IMG/VR virus record: IMGVR_UViG_3300027759_003844
Span: 32,001-96,000 of that record
Direction: 5' to 3' (one strand)
Source: a virus
Taxonomy: Duplodnaviria; Caudoviricetes
Length of the DNA stretch: 64,000 bases
The notes beneath the pieces are model-generated. The model was not told the DNA's origin and did not search any database. It was given only the letters and a program-made list of their open reading frames with translations. The position numbers were made by a program, and so were the translations under genes. This document shows, piece after piece, positions 39,869 through 49,918 of the stretch (position 1 is its first letter; every line of letters starts with the position of its first letter).

Positions 39869-40699
39869 TTATCTTGCCCATAATTGGACAAATTGAATAG
39901 CGTGGGCTTCAGAACCATTCTGGAAACCACGGGTTTCAGTTGACCCAGAAGACCAACCATGATGTACACCGTGACCACTCCAGTGCCAAGTAAATAGTCT
40001 TGCCGTTCCATTTCCTGAACCAAAATCATTATCACGGAATCCAGAAACATCTGTAGATGTTTGAGTCCCACCTAGCCAAATATTTGGATAACGGCGATTA
40101 ACTCCTGTCCCTGCATTAGTTCCAGCGTCTGTTGGAGTAGAACCAAATTGATCAACCCACGCAAATGCTGATTGATTAGTTATCTTATGATAAAAACTAT
40201 CTCCAACTCCAGAATATCCATCTGTAGCATTACTGATTCTATTTGCTACAAGATAGTTTGCGCCGTCAAAATTTTTCCATCCGCTATCTGTTCCGTTCAT
40301 TAAATAATTAACAAATGAAGAACTCACTTTGCTTATGCCTGTGGAAAAAGCATTTGCTTGCTGCAGTCCAGAAAGAGATAGTTCGTTATTTGTTCCAAAC
40401 CAACCACCACTGTTATCAGAAGATTGACGACCTTTACCAATAAGAACCCAACCTCCACCAAGATTGGTCATATCGCACCAAAGAAGAACTGCTGCTCCAC
40501 TATATCCTGTTGGCTTTATCCAATAATTACCACTTGTTTTTATTTCAAGTTCATTACACAAGTAAAGGGCACTTGGTGCAGCCAACGCTTCAGTAGAACC
40601 GTCAAGTGCAGGAGGAAGGTTATTCCCTATCTTAAAATTTCTATGTTTTTTTAACGACCAAATACCAGAAGCGCCTCTTGATGATGGAAATTGCGGCAT
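39869..40699 (-). CDS. Fibrinogen-like domain putative adhesin
   Basis: SGNYWIKP...WCDMTNLGGGWVLI. Confidence 0.7.
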   Translation of the reverse strand: MPQFPSSRGASGIWSLKKHRNFKIGNNLPPALDGSTEALAAPSALYLCNELEIKTSGNYWIKPTGYSGAAVLLWCDMTNLGGGWVLIGKGRQSSDNSGGWFGTNNELSLSGLQQANAFSTGISKVSSSFVNYLMNGTDSGWKNFDGANYLVANRISNATDGYSGVGDSFYHKITNQSAFAWVDQFGSTPTDAGTNAGTGVNRRYPNIWLGGTQTSTDVSGFRDNDFGSGNGTARLFTWHWSGHGVHHGWSSGSTETRGFQNGSEAHAIQFVQLWAR

Positions 40700-41676
40700 T
40701 AGAAAGTGATACTCCCAGTAGCATTGAATACATAAATTCTATATCCATTTAACAGGTTTACTGTTGGAGAACCAGTAGTTGTAGCAGCCGTAAAAGAGTC
40801 TGAGTAGCGAACTACAACAATTCCTGAACCACCTCCGCCAGATGCTTGGTTATGACCAGTTCCTCCACCACCGCCTCCAGTGTTTGCGGCACCAGCACCA
40901 CCTGGTGCTTCACCTGCGGTGCTTCCTGCTGAACCATTGTTAGATCCGCCTGTGCCGCCAACTCCAGCACCAGTTGAGACATGACCTCCACCGCCTCCTC
41001 CACCACCTCTTCCTCCGTCAGAACCTGCACTGTAGTAGCCACCGCCTCCACCTCCGCCTGCGTAAACCAGTGTTGCTCCTGTTATGGATGAAGCCCTCCC
41101 ATCTCCGCCTTTTGTTGTTAAAGCGCCATCTCCACTTCCTCCTGGACCACCTGCTCCACCTCCACCATGCCCAGATGTCGGAGTACCAGTTCTTCCACCA
41201 AAAGTTGATGAACCGCCAGCGTTTCCATAACCACCAGATGCCGAGGTTGGTTGTAACCCGCCTCCACCAGCAGGTCGGGTTGATGCATTTGACACCCCAC
41301 CACATCCGCCTCCGCTACCACCAGCGCCTCCAGCATTATCTGGGTATCTTCCCCCAGCCCCACCACCAAGCGCAATAATACTTACAGTTCCACCAGTGAT
41401 GCTTGAGTTTGACCCAGTAGCATCTCCAGCACTGGCAAGAGCAACTGTTATTGTGTAAGTAATTCCAGCAGCAACAGACACTGTTCCTTCAATAAATCCA
41501 CCGCCTCCTCCACCGCCACCGACATAATTACCACCACCACCTCCGCCGCCTACTACTAAATATTCAACTGCATTTGGTTTTTGAGATACCCAATTAAAAC
41601 CAGATACAGAATCTCGTACTTCATTCAAACTCCATAAACCAGATGCCCCAATACTTTGCCCAGGGAACTGCGGCAT
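40699..41676 (-). CDS. Glycine-rich virion protein
   Basis: YLVVGGGGGGG, YAGGGGGG, NTGGGGGG, GGSGIVVVRY. Confidence 0.75.
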   Translation of the reverse strand: MPQFPGQSIGASGLWSLNEVRDSVSGFNWVSQKPNAVEYLVVGGGGGGGNYVGGGGGGGGFIEGTVSVAAGITYTITVALASAGDATGSNSSITGGTVSIIALGGGAGGRYPDNAGGAGGSGGGCGGVSNASTRPAGGGGLQPTSASGGYGNAGGSSTFGGRTGTPTSGHGGGGAGGPGGSGDGALTTKGGDGRASSITGATLVYAGGGGGGGYYSAGSDGGRGGGGGGGGHVSTGAGVGGTGGSNNGSAGSTAGEAPGGAGAANTGGGGGGTGHNQASGGGGSGIVVVRYSDSFTAATTTGSPTVNLLNGYRIYVFNATGSITF

Positions 41677-42029
41677 TAACTAATCTCCTCATAACTGCAT
41701 ACTGCTTCAAGGTCAGAGTTAGCAGAAGCAGTAAGGCGCAAAGAGTCTCCCTCTTCTAGATAAATAGATTTACTAACAATATCTAGTGTTGCATCTGCTG
41801 GGACAGAAACCGTTTTTGCAATATGATAAGCAGTTGTTGAACGATACAAGTCAACATTTACATCAGCTGAGTTTACACCATCAATATTGGAGACATAAAG
41901 GGCATTAACTTTAAATACTTTTCCGCTTGAACCAGAATTCGTAACAATTGCTGTTGCAGAAGTCGTTACAGCAAGAACCGCTGTCTTGCCTGTAATTGTT
42001 GTTACGCTCACTATATTTGGTGCCGCCAT
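41676..42029 (-). CDS. Small beta-rich virion adaptor-like protein
   Basis: MAAPNIV...IYLEEGDSL...SYEEIS; resembles 57659..57991. Confidence 0.6.
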   Translation of the reverse strand: MAAPNIVSVTTITGKTAVLAVTTSATAIVTNSGSSGKVFKVNALYVSNIDGVNSADVNVDLYRSTTAYHIAKTVSVPADATLDIVSKSIYLEEGDSLRLTASANSDLEAVCSYEEIS

Positions 42030-42032
42030 GTC

Positions 42033-43310
42033 TTATCCTCCGAATACTATTGCCATTGCTATGGCTTTTCCTGTTGATGCTTTTTCATTAATCTGTGTCT
42101 GAATGGCGCTTGTGACACCATCTAAATAACCAATCTCTGTTGATGTAACATTAGCAATTGATGTTGTCGCTGGAAGGACAATTGTTCCTGTGAATGTAGC
42201 ATTTGCAAGAGTAGCTTTAAGATCCAACGCTGTCTGTGTAGCATTTGAAATTGGTTTTCCAAGGTCTGTTGTGTTATCAACGCTTCCAAGACCAACCATT
42301 GTTTTTGTAATACCCCCAACAGTTCCTGTAAATGTTGGTGAAGCAAGGGGCGCTTTTAGACCAATGCTAGTTGTAAGCGTTGTAGACAGAGCGGCATCAT
42401 TCCCAAGAGCAGTAGCAATTTCTCCAAGAGTATCTAATGTTGCACCAGCACTATTTACAAGTGCTGCAACTTCTGCACGAACAAATGCTGTAGTAGCAAC
42501 TTGAGTTGTGTTAGTTGCTTGTGTTGCCGTAGGAGCAGTTGGTGTTCCTGTGAGCGCTGGAGAAGCCAACAAAGCGTAACCAGAAGCATTCACCCACGCT
42601 GTACCGTTCCACTTAAGTAAATCACCGTTAGCGGCAGAAGTAATTGTTACATCCGCAACATCATCAAGAGCATCAATTACCGTAGATGCAAGACCAGTTG
42701 ACACTGCGTCAGTAACAAATGCTGTAGTAGCAATCTGTGTTGTATTGGTATTTGCTGAAGCTGTTGGAGCAGATGGAGTCCCAGTGAATGTTGGCGAAGC
42801 AATATTTGCCTTCAGGTTGTCTGCCGTAGTAACAAATGCTGTAGTAGCAATTTGTGTAGTGCTTGTGCTTGCATTCGCTGTTGGTGCTGCTGGAACTCCA
42901 GTAAATGTTGGTGAAGCAATTCTTGCTATTGCAGAAGATAGTCGTGCATCTGGTAAAGTCCCAGAAATTAATGCACTTGCATCTGTTGTTGCCGCAGCAT
43001 CTGACCCATCAGCGCCATCAGCGCCAGATACTTCAACCCAGAATGAATCATAATAAATAAATTGCTTGCCAGTATCTGATTCAAACCATAAATCACCAGA
43101 AGATGGGCTTGCTGGTGGTGTTGTAGCAATTGTTATACTACCGCTACCGCCTTGAGCAGATAATGCAGAACTTAGTACAGAAATTGTATTACTAGAATTT
43201 TTGTAATACAAAATACCATCAGCATAGTTAACAGCAAGCTCCCCTACCTCAAGTGAGGTAGGGGCGCTATTCGCTGTTCCTGAATTCCTTAATTTAATTA
43301 CATTAGCCAT
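42033..43310 (-). CDS. Tail fibre protein
   Basis: Mtd-N-like start (GELAVN..DG), three ASP..TG.P.APTA...TTQ.ATTAFV repeats, TLDTLGEIATAL. Confidence 0.75.
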   Translation of the reverse strand: MANVIKLRNSGTANSAPTSLEVGELAVNYADGILYYKNSSNTISVLSSALSAQGGSGSITIATTPPASPSSGDLWFESDTGKQFIYYDSFWVEVSGADGADGSDAAATTDASALISGTLPDARLSSAIARIASPTFTGVPAAPTANASTSTTQIATTAFVTTADNLKANIASPTFTGTPSAPTASANTNTTQIATTAFVTDAVSTGLASTVIDALDDVADVTITSAANGDLLKWNGTAWVNASGYALLASPALTGTPTAPTATQATNTTQVATTAFVRAEVAALVNSAGATLDTLGEIATALGNDAALSTTLTTSIGLKAPLASPTFTGTVGGITKTMVGLGSVDNTTDLGKPISNATQTALDLKATLANATFTGTIVLPATTSIANVTSTEIGYLDGVTSAIQTQINEKASTGKAIAMAIVFGG

Positions 43311-43323
43311 TCAAGCCTCTTAA

Positions 43324-45189
43324 TTAGAAAGTACCGCCATCAATTGTAGCAGTGTTCGCAGCAAGCGCTGTGAGCTGTGAGCTAAAGGCTTGGACATCCG
43401 TGCCGATTGCAAGACCTAACGCAGTTCTTGCATTACCAGCAGTTGTTGAACCAGTACCACCGTAAGCGATACCGATAGCAGTGCCTTGCCATACACCAGT
43501 GCCAATTGTTCCTACAGATGTAAGACTTGAAGTAATGACACTTGAAGCAAGTGTTGTATTTGAAAGCACTGACGACCCGCCAATGTAAAATGACTTACCA
43601 GCAAGAATATTAAAATGCTCTGATGATGTCCAAGCATCTGTTGCGTCAACCCAGTTAAGTGTCTTATCTGTTGCACCCTTAATTGTAAATCCAGCACCAT
43701 CTGCTGTTATGTCAGTTGGTGACGCAACATTGGCAAGAACAACATTCTTATCTTCAACAACAAGTGTTGCTGTATTAAGAGTTGTCGTATTACCCTGGAC
43801 TGTCAAATCTCCAGAAACAGTAAGGTTGTTTGAAATAGTAACATTAGCTGGAAGACTAAGTGTTACCGCACCGACACCAGAGTTTGACACTGCAATTTCA
43901 TTAGCAGTTCCCGTCAGACCCGTTACAAGGTTTGTTGCTCTATCACTAATTTGTGAGGCAGTGATTGAAATTGTTGAGTTAGCAGCAGCTGTCAAACGAC
44001 CCTGCGCATCAACTGTAAATGTTCCAACAGTACCTGCGCCTCCATAACCACCAGCAGTAACGGCAGTATTGTCAAGATCAAGTGTGACCTTATCTGTTGC
44101 ACCACCAGCAGTTGCTGTGAGACCAGTACCGCCAGAGATTGTTAGTGTATCTCCCGCAGTAATTGTCTGGCTAGTTCCAGTATCGCCAGCAAGAGTAAAT
44201 GATTGAGCAGCTACTGAGTAGTTAACTTTTGTATTAGCATCATCATATGTAACTGTAATTCCAGACTGTGAGCCATTAGTTACCAATGTGCCATAAGCAT
44301 CTTGTGCGGCTTCTGCAAAATCAGAAACTGCGCTTGATGCAATTGAAATTGATGTAGATACTGCATTGGTCAAACGACCCTGAGCATCAACAGTGAATGT
44401 TCCAACAGAGGATGCATTTCCATATGTAGCAGCTGTAACAGCTGTATTGGCAAGATTTAAAGTGACAGCACCAGATGTTCCACCACCAGACAATCCAGTT
44501 CCAGCGGTTACTGATTCAATATCACCAGCATCGTTGGTAAAGCTAATTACACCAGTTGAAGTGTTATAGGCAAGATCTCCAGAAACACTAATTGATGCTC
44601 TTGTATTTGCTGTAAAATCACTAACTTGTGAAGACAAGATAGAAATTGTATTGCTAGCTGCTCCTGTCAAACGACCTTGAGCGTCAACAGTGAACGCACC
44701 AACAGTAGATGCATTACCATATGTACCAGCAATAACAGCTGTATTATCAAGATTGATTGTTAATGTATCAGTTGCGCTCGCAACAGATGAAAGACCAGTT
44801 CCACCAGAAATAGTAAGTGTATCACTTAAGCTAACTGTTTGGTTTGAGCCGCTATCTCCAGCAACTGTAATTGATCCAGAAACTGCGCTAACAGCCTGAT
44901 CAACATAAAGCTTAGTTGCAGCATGTGTATTTGATGTTGGGGTAGGAACAATTACTGTACCAGTAAATGTCTTGTTACCAGAAATTGTTTGTGCACCCGT
45001 CAGTGTGGTGAATGCACCAAGACCACCGATTGCTTCAACAGTAGTTGCAGTTCCACCTGCACCACCAGTTCCCTTACCGTAGTAAAGAATATTATCTACT
45101 TCGTTAAATGCTAATTCTGCATTCTCCAAACTTGTAGGTGCACCAGTATTGCCAGTTGCCCTTCTTTTAATTCTCAATGTATTTGCCAT
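43324..45189 (-). CDS. Tail fibre protein
   Basis: Mtd-N-like start (AELAFN), three NTAV.A..YG.A..VG.FTVDAQGRLT.A repeats, ends TIDGGTF. Confidence 0.75.
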   Translation of the reverse strand: MANTLRIKRRATGNTGAPTSLENAELAFNEVDNILYYGKGTGGAGGTATTVEAIGGLGAFTTLTGAQTISGNKTFTGTVIVPTPTSNTHAATKLYVDQAVSAVSGSITVAGDSGSNQTVSLSDTLTISGGTGLSSVASATDTLTINLDNTAVIAGTYGNASTVGAFTVDAQGRLTGAASNTISILSSQVSDFTANTRASISVSGDLAYNTSTGVISFTNDAGDIESVTAGTGLSGGGTSGAVTLNLANTAVTAATYGNASSVGTFTVDAQGRLTNAVSTSISIASSAVSDFAEAAQDAYGTLVTNGSQSGITVTYDDANTKVNYSVAAQSFTLAGDTGTSQTITAGDTLTISGGTGLTATAGGATDKVTLDLDNTAVTAGGYGGAGTVGTFTVDAQGRLTAAANSTISITASQISDRATNLVTGLTGTANEIAVSNSGVGAVTLSLPANVTISNNLTVSGDLTVQGNTTTLNTATLVVEDKNVVLANVASPTDITADGAGFTIKGATDKTLNWVDATDAWTSSEHFNILAGKSFYIGGSSVLSNTTLASSVITSSLTSVGTIGTGVWQGTAIGIAYGGTGSTTAGNARTALGLAIGTDVQAFSSQLTALAANTATIDGGTF

Positions 45190-45488
45190 TAGTAGTTTCC
45201 TCCATCCATTAATAACGATGCTGCACTATGAACATGATCTGCCCTTGCTGCTAGCACACTTACACCTATAACCCCAGTCCGAGCAATGTCGGCAGGAGTA
45301 GTATCTGCAAAAGATAAACTTGCTAAGTTTATTGTTGCTGGTGCTGATGTGAGCACCGTAGTATCGTTTGTTTGTACCGTTATCGCTGTAATTTCAGATG
45401 CAACAGTAATATTAGAAATATCCGAGGTAATAGAAAGTGAGGTTATATCACCACTACTAACCTGAACGGTTGTAGTCTCTGCTGGCAT
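45189..45488 (-). CDS. Small virion protein
   Basis: ARADHVH fibre motif; ends DGGNY. Confidence 0.55.
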   Translation of the reverse strand: MPAETTTVQVSSGDITSLSITSDISNITVASEITAITVQTNDTTVLTSAPATINLASLSFADTTPADIARTGVIGVSVLAARADHVHSAASLLMDGGNY

Positions 45489-45820
45489 TATCTACTCACC
45501 TCTCCAACAACTATGCAAGACCCAGTAATTAGTGTTGTAATAGTAGCGCCATTAGTTTCTTGAAAATCATAAACATAAGTTCCAGCTGCTATATTGGCAG
45601 TAGATGCTGCTGACAAAGAAAGCACAACAATACCATTTGCGGCATTAGTAAGAGTTGATGTAAAAGTAGCAGCAATTGTGTCAGAATTTCTTTTCTTTCT
45701 AACTTGACCAGTATAAGTTCTACTTGTAATGTTCACATTTGCATTAGCGCTATCTTTTATACGCAATTCATGCGTATAAGTATCGCCCTGGTAAATACTA
45801 ATATCTCTAGTTGCAGCCAT
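45488..45820 (-). CDS. Small BppU-like/Ig-fold virion protein
   Basis: IYQGDT...GQVRK...YVYDFQ...LITG. Confidence 0.6.
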   Translation of the reverse strand: MAATRDISIYQGDTYTHELRIKDSANANVNITSRTYTGQVRKKRNSDTIAATFTSTLTNAANGIVVLSLSAASTANIAAGTYVYDFQETNGATITTLITGSCIVVGEVSR

Positions 45821-45851
45821 AATACCTCTCTAAGATTTTATCTTAAATTGG

Positions 45852-46691
45852 TTATGCTAGCAACGCAGCCCAAGTTGGTTGATCAACTTCACCCGTCACT
45901 GGAACACCTTTTGCTTTTTGAAATTGCTTTACAATTTCTTGTGTTTTAGGTCCAAAATCACCATCTTCTTTGCAAGGGAAACCTTTTTCATTTAATAAAG
46001 ATTGAGCCTTTCTAACCGCTTGACCTTTATTATCTTTGATAATGACAGGCTGTGAAGCAGCGGCAGTAACATTTGGTTTTGGTTCAGCAACTTTTGCTTC
46101 AGCAGCAGCTTTCTGTTCCGCTACAGTTCCAAACATCCCGACTGGTTTTGGATTGCGAGCAACATACTCTTGTACAGCAGCAGTTGGGTTATCCCCAGAT
46201 ACATAACGAATGTGCCAAGGTTCCTCTGGAACAACTTCCCAACTCCACCCGAATTTTTCAACATTAGCAATTAACCAATTAATTCTTTTCTTTTCGGAGG
46301 CATTAGCAATATCCACAGCCAACCCGAGATTATGTTGCGACTTACCTGGTGTCGCTAGCATCGCCATACCTTTCTTCAAATACCAAGTTTTACCTTCAAA
46401 AGTTTTTGTTGAACCAGTACCTGTATTTTCAAGACTGTAGCGACTTAAAAATCCAGCCTTTTGGCTGTCATAACTGCGATATAAATCACCGCTGCTCGTG
46501 GGCTTAAGCTCTACGCCAGCAGCTTTTGCAGCCTCAACCATTGCATTCCAAGCATCAGCTGCAAGATAAAATAACTTTCCACCTGACGGAATGTCCCGCA
46601 ACAAACTTGGGTGTAACTTACCTGGCTCTACATTTCTTAATGCGGCAGGCATCTTAACGGGAACGATATAATCCCATTCAACTTTAGCCAT
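45852..46691 (-). CDS. Endolysin: M15-family peptidase + peptidoglycan-binding domain
   Basis: YRSY, PGKSQHNLGLAVD, EPWH; DGDFGPKT...FQ...TGEVD..TW. Confidence 0.85.
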   Translation of the reverse strand: MAKVEWDYIVPVKMPAALRNVEPGKLHPSLLRDIPSGGKLFYLAADAWNAMVEAAKAAGVELKPTSSGDLYRSYDSQKAGFLSRYSLENTGTGSTKTFEGKTWYLKKGMAMLATPGKSQHNLGLAVDIANASEKKRINWLIANVEKFGWSWEVVPEEPWHIRYVSGDNPTAAVQEYVARNPKPVGMFGTVAEQKAAAEAKVAEPKPNVTAAASQPVIIKDNKGQAVRKAQSLLNEKGFPCKEDGDFGPKTQEIVKQFQKAKGVPVTGEVDQPTWAALLA

Positions 46692-46930
46692 TACTTATCT
46701 CCTCCAACTTTCCTGTTAAACACAGCATCAATTTCATCTAAACTAAGTTTACCATCATCTAAGAAAGCTCGTGAGAGTCCTTCTACTACAACAGCAACCC
46801 CAGCAATGCCCGCCATAAAACAGGCTTTCCATAAAGGTATATCGGCTATAGCGCCAGCTCCAATAACACCGAGAGCTGACGCAGAAAAAGTAGCCAATAT
46901 TCTAAAAAGAATATTCTGTATTTGTTTCAC
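46691..46930 (-). CDS. Holin-like membrane protein
   Basis: Two hydrophobic segments, DDGKL..DEID tail, upstream of lysin. Confidence 0.6.
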   Translation of the reverse strand: MKQIQNILFRILATFSASALGVIGAGAIADIPLWKACFMAGIAGVAVVVEGLSRAFLDDGKLSLDEIDAVFNRKVGGDK

Positions 46931-46958
46931 TTAAAACTCCTAAATTATTTTGGTTGTA

Positions 46959-47156
46959 TTACTTAGAACGACCAAAAGCAGCATCGTTTGGATTCAACCA
47001 ACGCATGATTACAGGTGCAAGAGCAGCAACTCCAGCAGTACCAATAGCTTTCAAATCATGATTACCTGTCATGTAAACTGCCAGCGCAGCTCCGATGAAA
47101 GATCTTGACCAAGACGCAAGCATCCTCTTATTATTCTCATTCAACAAAGTAGACAA
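46959..47156 (-). CDS. Holin-like membrane protein
   Basis: SWSRSF...RWLNPND..FG; TTG start after AAGGAGGT RBS. Confidence 0.6.
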   Translation of the reverse strand: MSTLLNENNKRMLASWSRSFIGAALAVYMTGNHDLKAIGTAGVAALAPVIMRWLNPNDAAFGRSK

Positions 47157-47208
47157 AAGACCACCTCCTTGCCCCAACGGGCGATACTACATTATATCGT
47201 AACTATTA

Positions 47209-47376
47209 TTATTCATCATCCTTCTTGATCATTTGACCAACAAGGTGAATTACAGCTGCAATTACTGTTATTTTAATTGCAGAATTAAGAGTTGGACCAG
47301 ACAGAGTAATAAATACCATAAAAGATCCAGCTAAAGTCCATGTTAAATCATGCATTTCTTTTAACAATTTTTTCAT
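47209..47376 (-). CDS. 55-aa two-TM membrane protein
   Basis: Below ORF-track cutoff; MKKLLKEMHDLTWTLAGSFMVFITLSG...; ATGA overlap with upstream gene. Confidence 0.65.
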   Translation of the reverse strand: MKKLLKEMHDLTWTLAGSFMVFITLSGPTLNSAIKITVIAAVIHLVGQMIKKDDE

Positions 47377-49532
47377 TTTATTCTCCTCCGAGGCTGACCC
47401 TTACGCCTCTTAATTTTAGATGATTTTTCATTATCTGGCATACCGCCTCCACCAGCAGGGGAGCCTCCACTTCCACCCGATGATCCGCCAGATAGTGGTG
47501 CAGCGCCAGCAGCAGTTGTAAGTGTTGTAGTAATTGCGGCTACAGCAACAAATGTTCTTCTTACCCCAACATTAATTTCTGAATCAGTCGGGACATAAAT
47601 ATCAAACACACCTTCAAATATATTAAGTTCTTCTTCAAATGCCTCTTTCACTTCCGTAGAAGCGTCTACAAGAGCTAGTGAAATTGCAAGACCATCTTCT
47701 GCTGTAACTTCAGAGACTACAATCACATCAAAGACTTCAGTTGCTTGCGATCCATCAATGCTTTCAAGAACTTTAGGGCTTGTTGCTAATTCAGTTGCTT
47801 GATCAGCAGAAACACCACCATCTTGATTGATAACTAAATCAACTACTTGTGAAACTTGATCCGAACTAATTGTATCTGATTCCAAAACATTAACTACCGC
47901 AGCAAATGCTTCTTGCGTGAGAGGCTGTTCAAGTACAGCCGTAAAAGTTGAAGTCAACACCTCATCAGATACTTCCTCGTCAAAGATAGCCGTAATAACC
48001 GCTGTGAGTTCTTCAGTGGATACAGGTTGTGAAAGTACATCTTCAGCAAGAGAAATCGTTTCTGCATCAGATAAGTCCCCGTCAAAAGCCGCAGTAAATA
48101 CTGCTGTCAATTCTGCTGATGAAAGGTCAGAATTTAATAAGTTTTCAACAATTGCACCCATCTCTTCTACACTTGCTTCTGCACTAAAGACGGTATCCAT
48201 TACAATTGTAAGTTCTTCACCCGAAAGATTAGAACTCAGCAAACTGACAAGGACTTCAGACACCTGCTCTGTATCAGATGTATCGGCAAGTACGGCATCC
48301 ATCACCGCAGTAAACTGTTCCGTTGAAAGGTCAGCACTTAAAATATTGTCAAGTGCAGCCGTTATTTCTTCTGTTGAAGCGTCAGATGTAAAAGTATTAT
48401 CAAGAATATTATTCAGTTCATTATTAGATATCTGCTCCCCAGGAAGAGGGATTGTTACATCTGGCTCTAAATTTGGCTCTAAATTTGGTACAAACGGTAG
48501 CGTTTCATCTGGACCAATAGCAGTGTTTGGATCAGGCAGGATGGTGTTCGGATCAACTTCTTCTGGAATTGAGCTTGTGGTTTCAGCGGGTATTTCTATA
48601 ATAACTGGTTCTGGATCTGGAATTACATCTGGGCTGGGTTGTGGAAACACCTCTGTAGGAGCCTCTGGGAGCACTTCTGGTGTATTTATAACCTCAACTG
48701 TGGTTGTCGGAGCCTCTGGTGTAATTATAACAACTTCAGTGGTTGTAGTTGATATTGGAATATCTATTGTGGTCGTAACCGATACTGTAGTGTTGGGAGA
48801 AATAGTGGTAGTTGTTGTTGTGGTAGTTGGAACAGTTGTTGTAGTCGTAGTAGAGGTAGTCGTAGTAGTGCTGGTAGTAGTAGTAGTAGTTGTTTCTGGA
48901 ATAGTCGTAGTTGTACTTGTTGTACTTGTTGTTGTAGTTGTACTTGTTGTAGTTGTACTTGTTGTAGTAGTTGTACTTGTTGTAGTTGTACTTGTTGTAG
49001 TTGTGGTGCTAGTCGTACTTGTAGTAGAAGTTGTTGTAGTAGATTCAACAATACCATTCCATAAAGATAAACCGCTAATTGTAAGATGACCAGGTTGGCA
49101 GCAAGAGTCAGTAGAGTACTGCCTAAAAGTGAACACATCACCCTCATTGACGGGTATAGACTTAGTTCCTGTCGCATTGTTTGCGTTCGTAAGCTGGATA
49201 TATACACCATTTACTGCATATTGTGGTGGGTCATACCATGCGCCATCATTCGTTTGATATGCCCATGTGAAATCTATTGTGTCCACATCCGCAGGGATTG
49301 TGGTTTCAATTTTGACCCAATGAGCCGCACCGCTACAGCCGTTATAGTCAGGTCCGTGTAGGGTAATTGCATCACCAACTAACTCAATAGAGCCTCCGCA
49401 TGCTTTTGATTGGCTGTATGTCCACTCGCCAAGCGCATCGGCTTTAGCAGAATACGGTGTTGGATAAAACCAAGCAAAAATAAGTGCGGGCAGAATTACC
49501 CAAGAACCTTTTCTAAACCTAATGTTTTTCAC
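47373..49532 (-). CDS. Large exported/membrane-anchored protein with Thr-rich stalk and acidic helical repeats
   Basis: Signal-peptide-like N-terminus, Cys-containing beta domain, poly-Thr, P/E-rich region, acidic repeats, hydrophobic segment and basic tail. Confidence 0.75.
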   Translation of the reverse strand: MKNIRFRKGSWVILPALIFAWFYPTPYSAKADALGEWTYSQSKACGGSIELVGDAITLHGPDYNGCSGAAHWVKIETTIPADVDTIDFTWAYQTNDGAWYDPPQYAVNGVYIQLTNANNATGTKSIPVNEGDVFTFRQYSTDSCCQPGHLTISGLSLWNGIVESTTTTSTTSTTSTTTTTSTTTTSTTTTTSTTTTSTTTTTSTTSTTTTIPETTTTTTTSTTTTTSTTTTTTVPTTTTTTTTISPNTTVSVTTTIDIPISTTTTEVVIITPEAPTTTVEVINTPEVLPEAPTEVFPQPSPDVIPDPEPVIIEIPAETTSSIPEEVDPNTILPDPNTAIGPDETLPFVPNLEPNLEPDVTIPLPGEQISNNELNNILDNTFTSDASTEEITAALDNILSADLSTEQFTAVMDAVLADTSDTEQVSEVLVSLLSSNLSGEELTIVMDTVFSAEASVEEMGAIVENLLNSDLSSAELTAVFTAAFDGDLSDAETISLAEDVLSQPVSTEELTAVITAIFDEEVSDEVLTSTFTAVLEQPLTQEAFAAVVNVLESDTISSDQVSQVVDLVINQDGGVSADQATELATSPKVLESIDGSQATEVFDVIVVSEVTAEDGLAISLALVDASTEVKEAFEEELNIFEGVFDIYVPTDSEINVGVRRTFVAVAAITTTLTTAAGAAPLSGGSSGGSGGSPAGGGGMPDNEKSSKIKRRKGQPRRRIK
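48803..49040. repeat. Low-complexity ACN-codon tandem repeat encoding the poly-Thr/Ser tract
   Basis: Repeated gttgtacttgttgtagtt-type units. Confidence 0.85.
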
Positions 49533-49624
49533 ATATAGATTATAGTTTATATACGATTAATTAGAAAATATACTTTTAACCCTATTGATTAATAATACTA
49601 TAAACGCTATTCCAAAAGGACACA

Positions 49625-49918
49625 TTAGTTAAACCACCACCAATTTTTAAGAATAGATAGAGAAGCTAAAATTACCCACAAAATATTAAACCAGATAATA
49701 GTCGGCATTGTCTTAATAGTTGAAGTTACGATTAAAGAAAAACTTGACGCTAACGCAAACACATACAACCACCACCACTGAACTCCAAAAAGAAGACCTG
49801 GGAATATGATTGCAATCTTGGTCATGAAAGCCCAAGCTTCAATGATGTTTACCTTAGACCAATACTCACGAGTACCCCATTTTTTTGAGATATGTACAAT
49901 ATCATTTAACTTCATCAT
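49625..49918 (-). CDS. Small multi-TM membrane protein
   Basis: About three hydrophobic, Trp-rich segments. Confidence 0.65.
   Translation of the reverse strand: MMKLNDIVHISKKWGTREYWSKVNIIEAWAFMTKIAIIFPGLLFGVQWWWLYVFALASSFSLIVTSTIKTMPTIIWFNILWVILASLSILKNWWWFN

Noticed and set aside
42033-45189. Mtd-like N-termini suggesting a diversity-generating retroelement
   Set aside because: No reverse transcriptase and no template/variable repeat pair differing at adenines was noticed; fibre repeats differ mainly at wobble positions
45852-46691. VanY-like peptidase as an antibiotic resistance gene
   Set aside because: Fused peptidoglycan-binding domain and adjacent holin-like genes indicate an endolysin
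48803-49040. Tandem repeats as a CRISPR array or origin iterons
   Set aside because: In-frame Thr/Ser codon repeats without unique spacers
47917-49089. 390-aa plus-strand poly-Val ORF, and other plus-strand ORFs in the track
   Set aside because: Antisense shadows of minus-strand genes; low-complexity or biased codons remove stops, and no recognisable motifs are present
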